DNA of 64,000 bases from Paramoeba atlantica (taxonomy: Eukaryota > Protista > Discosea). Numbering within the stretch: position 1 is the first letter of the stretch; every line of letters begins with the position of its first letter. The translations under genes were made by a program, and so were the position numbers. Positions 11,761 to 24,313 of this stretch are shown piece by piece. The DNA is taken from the NCBI GenBank assembly GCA_977017575.1, contig CDRNVI010000139.1, positions 62,001 to 126,000 of the forward strand, read 5' to 3'. Under the pieces are notes generated by a model that had not been told where the DNA came from, ran no database searches, and worked only from the letters and a program-made list of their open reading frames with translations.

Positions 11761-14700
11761 ATGTGGTGGGGTTGGGGTCTTCTTTTGATCCTTCCTCCTT
11801 TCTTCTTTCTTTTTGAGGTTTTGTTTTGTTTTTTTTTTATTATTGGAGATTTTTCTTTTTGGAGTGAGGGTTTTTTTTCAACTTTTTTTTTTGGAATTTA
11901 GGCTTCTTCTTTTGGTGTTTCTCTTCCTGTCGATCTCAGGTTTCAAGAAAGAAAAGAAAAAAGAGAAACAAAAAGAAAAAGAAACTGACTTTCGTCTCTC
12001 AGTGAATGGTCAAATGAAAATGGGATCTTTTACCTCTTTCGAATCTTTGTTATTCTCTTTATGATCTTCACGTTTCGTCTTTTTTTCTTCTCTATCTTTC
12101 TCTCTTTTGGGATCTTTTGTGTTGAGATTTCTCTCTTTTTTCTTTTAAAGGGTTGGAGACTCTTTGTTGATTTTGATTCAACATTACTTGAATCTACCAA
12201 GAAGAATGTTTTGTGAAACTCAAAAACAAACTTTTCTTTCAATCGGGATGCTGATTCTTTTTCTTCTTTTCGTTCTCTGTCTTGCTTTTACTGGTACAAC
12301 AACAACCCAAGAAGAAGAAACAGGTTCTTTTGTTTCCAGATTTTTTGTTTCTTTTTTTTTCTTCCAGAATTTGAGTTTCTTTTTTAGTTTCCCAAAAGAG
12401 TTGGAGCGGGATTATAACATTAGCTTTCTTGTCTGGGTTTTATCATTGGACCATTTTTCTTCAACTTTATTTCTTTCTTTATCCCCATTACATCAAAGCA
12501 CAACAACAGGTACGGAAAGAAAGAAAGAAAACTAATTTGGGAAAAAGAGAGAGAGAGAAAAGAAACTCACTTTAAAATGGTCAGGTCCGATTTTGTGAGA
12601 AAGTGCGAATTATCTACAATGATGCTCTTGACAACCCCCGCGTTTGCTTTCCTTCATTCGAAAAAAAACTTGTAAATTAGAATTCAATTTTAGTATATTT
12701 TCAAAAACATATCTTAACTATTTAATAAGGATTCTCATTCCAATCTTTTCAATTACAGTTGGAGAACGCTCCTCACTCTCACTCCACTGGAATATCACCT
12801 CACATCCCACAATGCAAATCCTTTGTCCTTGCTCAGGTAACCTTTCCATTTAAATCATCTTTATTGTTCTTTTTTAAAATTCGAAACAATTTAATAATAT
12901 TATGAGGGAAATAACAAAAAAATTATCATATGATTTATTCAATGAGTGATATTGGTAGGAACTTTCTCGGAATAAAATATTTGATGGTTATGAAGTTCAG
13001 TTAACTTCAATGAGGTAAAGACCAATGACAAAATTAATGTTTTCTTTTTTTCTTTCTCTTTTGATAATTCTTTATGTCAGAGATTTTAATCCAATGGGTC
13101 TGGTTGGGAGTGGTGGTGATACTCGTGTGTTGGATGGAGGGGATGACCAAAGCGGAATTTGTTTATTGCTTTTTGTTCTTGATCAATCTCAAGCTTCTTT
13201 TGAAAATGGAGTTTGGTTTGTTTTTTTGGACTGAATTTGTAGTGATCAATTATCTTAATTGGCTGAAAAATAGTCAGTGGCTCCAACATGAAACAAACTC
13301 AAGAATTAATGAAGGTTTCTTTCTTTTTTTGACATCTTAAGAAGAAATTTTAATCCTTATTCTGTAGGAAAGTACTTTGGTCATCGCGAGAATATCGTTT
13401 ATCTTCCAGCAGGGCATCGAAGAATCGATTTGGGACGTTTGAAATATTCTGTTTTTGGATTGAACAGTTCTTCTGCTCCAGTAATTCTTTCACTTTTATT
13501 CTCCTCCATTTCAAGGTTTTTTTTTCAGATTTGGGGTTAATTGGTATGACAGAGCTCGAGTTCAGATGAACCAATTTTTATCAATGATTGGCTTGATGAT
13601 ATTGGCCTCTTTTCGTTGACTCGAAATTCACCTGGGTTGGTTTTTTATGGATATCTTTCATGATTTGGATATTTATTTACTTTTATTTTCACATTTCCTC
13701 TGATAGATCTTTAAATTGGCCCTCTTTTGAATCTGGTATCTTTTGAAGCTCATTTTTTCTCATTCAATTGTATTTTCTGATTTCATCTTTTCCTTTCAGA
13801 CGAGGATCGCCAAGAGAGATTTGAGGAATGGGTTATTCTTCTTGAACAATCAATGAAATCACTTGTTTTAAATCCAAAAGCAACATGTTCTCTTCCTGAA
13901 AATGAGAGTGACCCTTATCTTTCTGGAGGAGGGGATTTTCTGTTTTGGATCACTGTTCCTCCCAATGATAAAGGTCTTCCTCTCTCTTGTTAAAAATTTT
14001 TAGTTTCAATTCTAAATTTTGGTTGAAAGGGAGGGAGACGGTCAAACTTCGGTTTTTTTTCAAATTTTTGGTGATATTTTTTCGATTTGTTGATTTTTTA
14101 ATCTTTGGGTTAGCAACCGACCACATGAGAAAGATGTTCATGGACATCATCTCCTCCTTTTTGCACTTTTTTCATCTTACAGGTAGAATCATCTTTTCTT
14201 TTCTTTGAATTCTGTTGCTTTCTCACTGCACATTTTTTCTTTTCAGGTGGTTTTATATTCGATATTTGTATTCAAGATGTCAAAGCCATTGCAATGACTT
14301 TGTTGGTCCAATAATCGGTCTCCCGAGACAGTTGATTTATTCCTTCCTTTTTTTTGTGATTGTGGTTCTTTTTATCAATGTACTTGATCATTTTGGGGTT
14401 ATATTCTTCCCGTTCGACAAGAGTGTTGTCCTCTTTGGGATTCCACTTGGTCTTCAGTTTGGTTTTCGGGTCTTTTTGAGTTTGCTTGTTCCGATCGTTT
14501 ATTCAATACTCGCTGAGGTTTCCAGAATTATATTTTTCTGAAAATAGAATTTATTCACAATTTAGTTTTAGTTGGAAGAGCAAGGATTTTTTTGCGAACA
14601 TTGTCAAGATCATTCCCATGAGCACGACCACGAATCTGAACCTGGAGAAAAGGCGGATCAAATTGACACACTTGCCCAAGATGCAACATTTTATCCAACC

Positions 14701-16274
14701 ATTGCGCCCCTTCCACTTTCTCTATCTCCTTATCGTGAAGGGAAATTAGATCTGGAGAAAGAAGGAGAACTTCTTTGGCCAAGTCAAGAGGATGTTGAGC
14801 AGGTCTTGAATGAGAGATATGTTAATTTGACATATTGTTATCAACCAAAGGCAAATGTTGGATTTAGTCGATTTTATACTCACGAAATTACTCTTCGGTA
14901 TCGTTTTCTTCCTTTCTTCCAAGTTTTTTTTATTGATTGTGGTTTAACTTTTTGAAAGGGACTTCCATGATAAGAGTTTGGGTTGGGTGAAAGATCCTGC
15001 AACTGAAGCAGTGTATTTTTTTGCTTCCTCTTTTTCTTCTCAATTGCCTGATGAAGGAAATGGAAAAGAAGAAGAGACAGACGAAGATATGACACGCAAT
15101 GTCGATTATGTGATGAGTAAGTTGGAACCAGGGAGGAAGATCTCTCCTGAACTCCGCCGTCTTCTTCCCTGGAAAATTTGGAGGAGATTTCTTCAGGTTT
15201 GTTTTTTTTTTTTGCCCCATTTTGGTTTTTTATTTGGTACAAATTAAAATTGAATTTTTATTTTATTCTTTTAGGCACCAATATTTACTTCTCTGGAGTT
15301 GGAGGACCAAATAAAAAATCGATGGGAACAAGTGGTTGTTGATGTGAAGAAAGGAATTAAAGAGAATGGGTTGATTATAATGCCAAATGATTTCTTTCCC
15401 CCAATTATTATTTCTGCTTTGCAAGACGCTTTTTTTCGTGTGCTTGATCGTTTTGGAGGTTATTTTTCGCTTTTATTCTATGGATGAAATTTACATTTCC
15501 GATCTTTAATTTGATTTTCAGGGATTAGTGGACTGGGAGCAGTCCAGACATGGAATGAAGAACCAATTGGACGATATTTGAACCACCAATTAACACCATT
15601 TATGAGAAAAATATCAGGAGAACAGGTTTATTTCTCCCCCTCAATGACTTTTTTAAGTCACAAAATGGAAAGTAAAAATTTTATATTTCACTTTAGATAT
15701 TGCATCCTGGTTTGTCACTTGCAATTTGGAATGGTCCTGGGGAAGGATTTATTTTTCATACGGGTATTTATTTTTTGTTTTGTTTTGTTTATTAAAGACT
15801 TTTTACTCTCCATTTATCTTGTTTCTCGCAGATACAATCCCTCCATTTGATATTACTTTGGATATTATGGTTTTTAATCAAGGTTTCTCTTTTTTGTTCC
15901 TTCTAAAAATGCGTTTCATGAAAGAAAGAGCTTTAACTGAATTTTCTCTTCAGGTCCGGTGGTTAGGCCGATTCATTTCCTTGTTCGTGATAAATCAAAT
16001 CGTCTCATTCCACGAGTTGAAAAGGTTTGGTTTTGTGTTTATTTGTTTTGTCTCCAATATTTTAATTGATTTTTTGAATAGATTGAGCTTCATAAACCGG
16101 GTTCTTCTGCATTATTTATTGGTTCTCATCTTCCCCACTTTGGTGGTGATCTTCCTGAGTATTTTTATTCTTTCTTTTTCTTTTTTATCAATTTTTTTTT
16201 ATTAAATATTTCTTGTTAAAAGGGGGTGTACACAAGCAGTTCTGCTCTTAACATGGTCTTTTTTAAAAGATTAA
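11761..16274 (+). CDS. Polytopic membrane protein with C-terminal 2OG-Fe(II) oxygenase-like domain, paralogue B
   Basis: Starts MWWGWGLLLILPPFFFLFE|ASSFGVSLPVDLS|EW. C-terminus FIFHT|DTIPPFDITLDIMVFNQ|GPVVRPIHFL..|IELHKPGSSALFIGSHLPHFGGDLP|EGCTQAVLLLTWSFLKD*. Confidence 0.75.
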
Positions 16275-16305
16275 AGAGAACCTTGAAAACAGAATATTAA
16301 TTGTT

Positions 16306-17534
16306 TCAAGAATTTTTTACAAATCGCAACCCCCCTCCTTCAGACTCTTCGACTCTCTTTAAGGTATAAGAACCATCTCGTACTAATTCTATAAACTCTT
16401 GTTTGGAATGTTTGTCCTTCACTTTTACAAAAATTGCCTCCACCCCTTTTGCTGAAACTTCAACTTTGTCACTGTATTGTAATATTTTTTTGTCATAAGG
16501 AATCAAACGGATGTGGTCATGTTGATTGTATGTTTTGATTGTTACTTCTGGTGTTGCATAATTTGTGATGAGAACACTCCTCTTGACCTATGAATATATA
16601 AATATTTGTTCAACTTTCGTAGGTGTTGAGGAGAGAAAGGAAAGGGAAAAAAAGAAGAACCTTTACTTTTTTCTCGTCAGAAACCGGGAGATCTTCAGAC
16701 ATGAGTTGGACAAGATTCTCTGTTCGAGCTGTGGCAACGATTGAAGGAATTTCCTCCTCAAAGAGAGTTTTTATTCCTCTAAAATTTTAGTGAATATTGA
16801 TATTTTCTTTCGAAAGGAAAGGGGAAAAAAAGAGAGGAAACCTGCCCGTTAACGCGCTCACTTCAACATATTTACATCCGATTCTGTTGGCAACTTCTTG
16901 AGCTTCTTCTAAACTCACAAGTTCTTCTTGCTTCGAAAATGAGAATGAGTGGTGCTCTTCTTCTCCTTCTGGTCGATCTCTTTTGTCGGCATGTGATCCA
17001 ACAAGAAGAAAAAGACAATCTCTTTTTTCGAGAGATTTGTTGATCTCTGGAAGCCAAAAAGACTCGATTCGAGAGAGAGTTTTCTTCTTTTCGATCGAAA
17101 AACACAACAAGATAATTTCACTGGTTCGAATGTGCCCTTTTTTGAATTTAATGAGCAAAAGAAAAGGAAGGAAGAAAAGAGGAAAGAAGAAAAGAGGGAA
17201 AAGAAAACCTTTGCTCAGAATCGAACCGACGTTGGTTTGGAGATGAAGACGGAATGGCTCCCATTGTTTTGATTGTGGGATTGAAATTGGATTATATTCT
17301 GCTGTGATTTTTCTCTCTGGTAAACTCTTTCTGTTTCAGAATCAGGTTTTCAGGTCTGAAAAAAGGAAGACAGAAAGAAAAAAAAAAGGAGAAGAGAAAA
17401 AACCGAAAGTACTGATGAAGGAGGGAAGCTTTCCCCACAGAAACATCGCCGATTATAAAACAATGACAATCTTTTGTCAAACTAGATGTTGAATTTGACT
17501 TCATGACATGAAATTCATCCACTTCATCCGCCAT
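16306..17534 (-). CDS. Atypical Ras-superfamily small GTPase (probable pseudo-GTPase) with a C-terminal extra domain
   Basis: IIGDVSVGKASLL (G1), FRLHLQTNVGS (G3 position), IILLCFSI..SRIESFWLPEI, LLVGSHAD (G4), ANRIGCKYVEVSALTG (G5). About 90 extra residues end ..LRFVKNS*; no CAAX. Confidence 0.8.
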
Positions 17535-17821
17535 GAGTGCCAATCAAACTCACAAATTCTCTCCACAAAAGAAAAAGAGAAAAGAAACAAAAAAAAGGTT
17601 TAGCTTTTTCTCGCAATTTTAGAGATCTAACGCTTTTTTAAACCCCTAAATAAATTGATTTTTCCTTCATTTTTCGATCGTTTTTCGATTGTTTTTCGTT
17701 TGTTTTCTGCCTTTTTTCCCTTTTTTTTTTCTCTGCTTTTTCAATCCACTCGCGTGGGGAAACTCTTTTTCCAAAACTCACTTTCGAAACGTCGAGTTTT
17801 TCCTTTCAAAGTTTTCCAAAG

Positions 17822-19783
17822 ATGAAGAGAGTCGTGGTTGTTGGGGGTGGATTGAGTGGGTTAAGATCGGCGGATCTTCTTTTGAAAGAGAAGAAGAAGA
17901 AGAACCAATCTTGTCAAGTTGTTGTGTTGGAGGCCATGGATCGAGTTGGTGGTCGTCTTTACGGAGTGGATTATAAACACCAAAGGAATGGGAAAGAGGA
18001 AGTTGTTCGTTTGGATTTGGGAGGGCAGTGGATTGGGCCTCCTCAACAGTATGTTTCGGAATTGGTTGAGGAACTTGGGATTCGGTGTGTTGATCAGTTT
18101 GATCAAGGAAAAGGAATTCTTCAGGTATTTTTTTTTTTTTGATGTTTTTTTTTTGATGAAAATTCAAGTTGAAGAATTTTTTGGTTTTTCTTTTTAAAAC
18201 CTGACCTGAAAAAACAAAAAAAAGTTGACTGGGAAACAATTTGAATTTTCTGGAAACATTGGGACACTCGATATTTTTGGAAAGGAAGGCCTTTTGGAGA
18301 AAGTTTGGGATCGCTTGGATAAATTGGCCTTCTCAGTTCCAATTGAAGATCCTTATCTCTCTCCTAATGCTGCAGAATGGGACAATCAAGTTCTTTGTTT
18401 TTCTCTCTCTTTTTGATTCAGTAGAATCATGAATTGAATTTTATTTATGTTTTTAGTCTCTTTCTGATTGGTTGGAGAAAAACGTGAAAAGTGAAGGAGA
18501 TGGGGGGTCTTCTGCAAAACAAGTCAAAAATCTGATCTCATGGTTTTCTATTGTTTGTCTTTGTGTCGAAACTGCTCACACTTCATTCTTGTACTTTTTA
18601 TGGTGGCTTCACACTGGTTCACAATCTCCTTCTCTTACTTCCTTCAAACAAAACTCATCTCCAAAATTTTGGGATTTTTTTTAAATTCTTGAAAAAAAAA
18701 AAGGTGGGGGTTATCAACCTTTAGTGAATATCAAACAAGGAGCACAACATTACTGGATCCCCAAATCTGCCCACCATATTTCAGGTTTTTGTCTCTTTTT
18801 TTTTGTCTTCTCCATGGTTTTTCTCTTTTCTTGTTAACAATTGCTCCCTTTTTTTAGAACTCTTGGCAAAGAGGGTCGTGGAAAATGGTGGGAAGGTTCT
18901 CTTGAACTCACAAGTTGTTCATGTGAAGCAGGATTTGGAGAATAAGAAGACAGAAGTCACGTACATGGATCGCACAACTGGATCTTATTCTACTCTCTCT
19001 TGTGATAAAGTTATTATGAGTACTCCTCCTGCAATCACAACCCAAGTTTTTCTCTTTCTCTTTTCAATTTTTTTGCTGAATGAACTTATCAAAAGGACAG
19101 ATCTCTTTTACTCCCCCGCTCTCTTCCACACGTGTTGGGATGTATCAACGAATGCCAATGGGTTGTGTCATTAAATTCGTTCTGGTTTTCAAGTTAGAAA
19201 TTCTTATTCATTCCTTCCTTTCATCAAATAGGCACTAAATTTTCTGAATAGGAATCCATGGTGGCGCGAGAGTGGCTATAGTGGAACCTACATCTCTGAT
19301 ACCGGACCAATTGGTGTCATGTATGACAAGAGTCTTGATGAAGAGGGATTTTACAGTCTCGTTGGGTTCTTCACTGCCAACACAGCACGGTATTGGAGTG
19401 ATAAATCAGAGCAGGAGAGAAATGAAACCATTTTGAATCACATGGAGAGGATCTACAACTCCAAGAAAGTAAGATCGGAGTTAGTGACAATCCTCTTGCA
19501 TGATTGGACAACAGAACAATTCACAAGAGGTTGTTTTATGTGTATTCCAGCACCCGGTAAGCTTTCTTTCTTTCCAAATATGATGGAATATTTCTGATGT
19601 CTCTTGATAGGGGGATTACAAGGAGGGATGAAACATTTCCGCGATCCATTCCATAATGTCCATTTTGTTGGAACAGAGACAGGAAATGTCTGGATTGGTT
19701 ACATGGATGGAGCACTTGAATCAGCTTCTCGAGTTGTAGAAGAGTTGACCGGAGTTTCCTATCGTCCAACAGCAAAATTATAG
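17822..19783 (+). CDS. Flavin-containing amine oxidase (monoamine oxidase-like), multi-exon
   Basis: VVVVGGGLSGL, VLEAMDRVGGR, DLGGQWIGPPQ, DWTTEQFTRG, HFVGTET..GYMDGALESASR; ends ..PTAKL* (TAG 19781-19783). Confidence 0.93.
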
Positions 19784-19839
19784 AAGAACAGTTACATTGA
19801 TTATTGAATAAATATTCTTTTTTTTCTTGTGTCTTAATT

Positions 19840-22800
19840 TTAGTTTGTATTTCTCCTTGGTTCAAGTTGAAGGGAGATTAAAAATTGTTCTCGAATCCCC
19901 ATCATCGGAGAGAAATGAAGTAGCATCGCAATTACTCTGGGGACTGGTGTAAATTTGTAAGGAGCAATTTTGAATGAGAAAAAGTCCTCCTATTAAAAAG
20001 ATTACATTGAGGTCATTGGCGAAAAAAATCAAATAGAAAAACCATCAAATCAAAAAGGATTTCTTGTTTTGAAAAATTGACGACAGGACCAGAGTCATCC
20101 TCTTCGAAAATTGTGTGGAGAGAATCTTGCGTTTTCATTCGAAATGCTAAGAATGGTGTAACATGAGGTACTCTTGGTGTGTTTCGGTCCACTAAAGAGA
20201 ACATGAGTGAGAAAGGAATTTGAGAGAAAAAAAAGGGAAAGGAAGGTTACATTTGCGATACTCTGCACTAAACTTTCGAAAATCAATCTCTGTTAAAGCT
20301 GTGAATTCTTGATGGAGTTTTGAGGCACGTTTGGAAAGAAGGGCAAAAGTGCGAGAGAGTCGAGAAATAGGGCTCATGTGAAGGCCCAGCATTATTGCTG
20401 AAAGACCTAAAAAGATGATACTGGTTGGAAATAAAATCCCAAAAATTGGATATAATAAAAAGAAACCTGCAAAGTTATGAAACTTTCGTAATTGACTCGC
20501 AATGTCCAGAAAATGCGTGATGAGTTTGGCTCTCTCTTTTGGGCTTGTTAACAGAATAACCTATGCCAAGAAGTAAGTTTTTAGGTTGGATCACTCAATC
20601 CCAGGGATAAGAGAAAGAACTCACACCTCTGTGCTGACCCATTTGGCAAGAAAGAAAAATCTTTTGGTCACAGCTAAAATATTGGGAGTGTGTTGATGTC
20701 GTGAAACACTCGGACCATAATAGCCAAATTCATATCTATTATCAATCAATGAAAAATCCAAGAAGTAGACCCTCTTAAGAAAACAGTCACCTTCGGATAT
20801 TGGAGATATAATGCCAATCAATTAAGCACATTTGACGGGCGATTTCAATGACTGGGATCTCTTTCCAGACACAAACACGTCCAATTAAAGAGGCAGATGG
20901 TAATTTTGGTCGGTATTCCTATTAAATAAATAGGATGAGTTTCAAGTAACAAAATACTTCTAAAAACCAAAAAAATTGAACCAGCTTTTTTGTTGATTTT
21001 CGTGGAGAAAAGAATTCCTTCTCTGGCGGTCTTTCGTCGCTGACTCCACCAATGATCACATCGCGCTCTCTCTCTTCTTCATTCTCCTCCACCACTTCAA
21101 AAAGAGAAGTCGTTACACATTTTCCTTGTGTTAAGTCGCTTGATAAGAAGACAGATCTCTCTTCGTCTTTCTCTTTCTCCTTTTCTCCTTGCTCTCCTGC
21201 TTCGAGAGCTTTGAAATAGGTCTCTTCAATATCATTAATAATTTGGTAATAATGAAACTTCCGAGCACTTTCAAGGGAACAAAAACGAGATCTCTTCCAA
21301 GGAGGTAAACACTCTTCCGGCAAGCAACAGAGAAAAAAACGAGAATGGCTTTGTTTGAGCATATTCCGAATCTTTCGGACCAGGAAAAGAACTAGTGGAT
21401 GGTCGGGAAAATCTAAAGGTGATGCAATTAAAAAATAATTCTCCTCAAAAAGAAAAAAAAGAAAAGAAAACTTAACCTACAATGAGCTGCGATCGTGCAA
21501 AATGCAACAACTGAAGAGCTGCTGTTTTGTCAAACTCAGGAAAACATGAAAGAGTAACCCATGCATTTAAAATCATCACAACTTGAAGTCTGTTCTCACT
21601 ACTTTTTTTGGAAAGATTGAGTTGTGGTGAGGTGGGTCGCTGTGGAGAAGAAGGAGAAGGAGATGGGGATGGTGTGGGAGAAGGAGCTGAGGAGGATAAA
21701 GAAGTTGAAGAAGATGAAAAGTGGTCAGAATCTTCTTCTTCTTTGATCAAAGCAAAGTACCACCCTTTCATGACAAGAAGTACTTCGGTGTATCTATTCC
21801 AAAATGAGAATGAAGAGAAGATGTTTCAAAAAATGAAAACTTACTTGAGAAAAGAGCGATGTGTAGTTAAAAAGATATCACGAAAGCGATCATCCCCAGA
21901 AGAAACCAAGTATGAAAATAAATTACGAACACTAGCAGACTTTAGAACCTGATAAAGGTAATGATATTCAGCATTAGATTTAGACCACAAGAGATTGAGA
22001 AAAGGTTGAACCTTCTCTTGTTCGATTCGCTTGAATACAACTTTTGGGCAATTGATTAAAGACGCCCCCAAATTCAAGAGTCTCTCATCACTCCAAGGTT
22101 TATTTTGGACGAGACAATGACCCTGAACACTTTCTCGAAGCTCACATTCATGCAAGCTCTACAAAGGAATTATTATCATGAAAAGTTGAGAGAGAATCAA
22201 ATGAAAATATTAACCTCATCAGCACTCAATTCCATCCAACGTTTACAAGTTAACCCAGCAGAAGAGAGGGAATCACGGTCTAATAACTTAAAGATGAAAA
22301 ACATGACATCGGTTGGGAGATCGAAGATTGTTGTCACTTCTGGTTGACTCTGCATTGATCCCCATTCTGAATCTTCTTGGAGTAGATGAAGAGTTGAAGG
22401 TGTTCTATTTTGTTTTGAAAGAAAATCAAGAAACGACCAGGGAATAAAATCAAGGGGAAAATATGAACCCAAAGTAAATCATTGGCGCGTCCAATGAAGA
22501 ACGGAGAGGGGAATTTGGTCTTCTTTGAGGGGAATTCAATTCTCCTTCTAACTGCTCTGATCGTCGTTCATTGGTATCATCACCCAATAATCTCATTTCT
22601 GGCGAATTGGGTGGTGTGAGACGGAGTGGTGGTGGAGATGCAACAACCTTGGACTCATGAAATTTGGAAATATTTCTAAAGAACAAAATCATGACTTTTG
22701 CAATTCTGATCAAGACAAAGAAAAAGCCAACAAACCGAAGTGGATTTTTAGAAAGATCAAGATGGCAAAGAGATCGACCAAGAGGACCAGCAACAGTTCG

Positions 22801-23850
22801 GATCCCCTCTTCTTCGAAGCTGAAAGGAGAACCATCAAACATGTGTTCTGACAATTCTGTCAATTTGTTTCCCCTCAATGTCAACACTTCAAGCTATTTT
22901 TTTTATGAAATCTTCAGTTTCTTTGCTAACCTGGTGAATAAATAATCACAAATGTAATAAATACCTTTGGATGAGGGATGACTGATTTTGCTTGTTCTGA
23001 AAATAAGATTTCAGGAAGAGAGGGAATTGAATTATAGTCAAGATGGAGTCTTTGAAGAGAGGAAACAGCACAGAGAAGCGAAAATGGAAATTGAGTCAGT
23101 TGGTTGTGTCTCAAACTGATAATTCGAAGTCTTTTTGGTGTTTGAATGGACTCATGTGATTTTGAGCGAGAAAAGAAAGAAGAAGATGGTGAAGAAGAAA
23201 GAGAAGGAGAAGAAAAGGGTGAGGAAGGGGAGTTGGGAGGAGAAGAAGCTCGAGAGGATGGAAGAGAGAAAAGGGTGACATTTTCAATCTTATTTCTATC
23301 AATATACAATTCCTCCAATCCTTCAATAGTAAAAACCTCTGAAAGAATGAAAATCTTTAAAAATGAAGAAACTCACAAGAAAAAAGAGAGAATTTGAAAT
23401 GGACCTTGAGGGAAAGAGGAAAAGGAGTTGTTACAAAGTGAAAGAAATTTGAGATTTTTCAGAGGACAAGGAAAGATTGGACCAGAAAAAATCTCCAAAC
23501 TTTCAAAAAAGGTTCAAAGTCAACACAAAATTTACTCATTCATTCTTTTTTCCTTTTTGCAAAAAGAAACAAACCGATTTCGCTGAAGAGAGATGTGTTC
23601 CACACAGTCAGCAAGGGAAGTGTTTCCTTTTGCTATTTTTTTCCAAACGGAATCCAATCGATCAAGTTGATTTAATCGTAAATCCAAATGGACTTTTTCT
23701 CCTTGGCTGAAGTTTCAGGGAAAAAAAGATACAAACAAACAGAAGAAAGAGGAAGGTGGTGAAGAAGAAAAGAAAAGAAGAGAAATACCAATTCGCCTCT
23801 TAGAAATTTGAGAGAGACAAGAGAGAAGATTCGAGCACTCTAACCCCCAT
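19840..23850 (-). CDS. LRR + F-box + RasGEF (REM + CDC25) multidomain protein; 5' boundary uncertain
   Basis: LRRs (VHLDLRLNQL, LKFLSLCNNSF, LRIISLRHNQL, LQRLHLDYNSI, LCHLDLSKNPL). F-box TIFDLPTDVMFFIFKLLDRDSLSSAGLTCKRW. REM SASVRNLFSYLVSSGDDRFRDIFLTTHRSF and VVMILNAWV. CDC25 GLSAIMLGLHMSPISRLSRTF, ending YKFTPV..SLQLEPRRNTN*. Confidence 0.82.
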
Positions 23851-24313
23851 CCACTCAAATTAATTGTTTTGGAGTCGGTCATTGGATCCAAAGAGAAAAG
23901 AAAGTGGATTCAAAAAGAAAACGACAATAATTTTTCGCTTTTTGTTGTCAAGAAGGCCCCTCAAATTAAGAGACCCAGAAGTAAAGTAATTTTTTACAAA
24001 AGGGAGAAACGAATCATTCGTTTTTCTCGACCAGAAAGCACAATGACCACCCAAGACGAAAAGGGATGACCTTTTTCAGACCCCCGATCTTGGACAATGA
24101 GAACCACAAAACAGAAACTCCGAAAAATACCTTGAAAATGTCTTGGGGTATTTTTGATTATTTTATTTTTGTGTAAAATCAATACTAAATTTTTTTTTGA
24201 AAGAAAATTCACTCCTTTTTTCCTTTGTTTTTTTTTTTCCTTTTTCGCCTCTTTTTTCGTTTTTTCGTTTTTTCGTTCTTTTGTTCGTTGGAGAAGTTGT
24301 TCTTTCTTTCATC

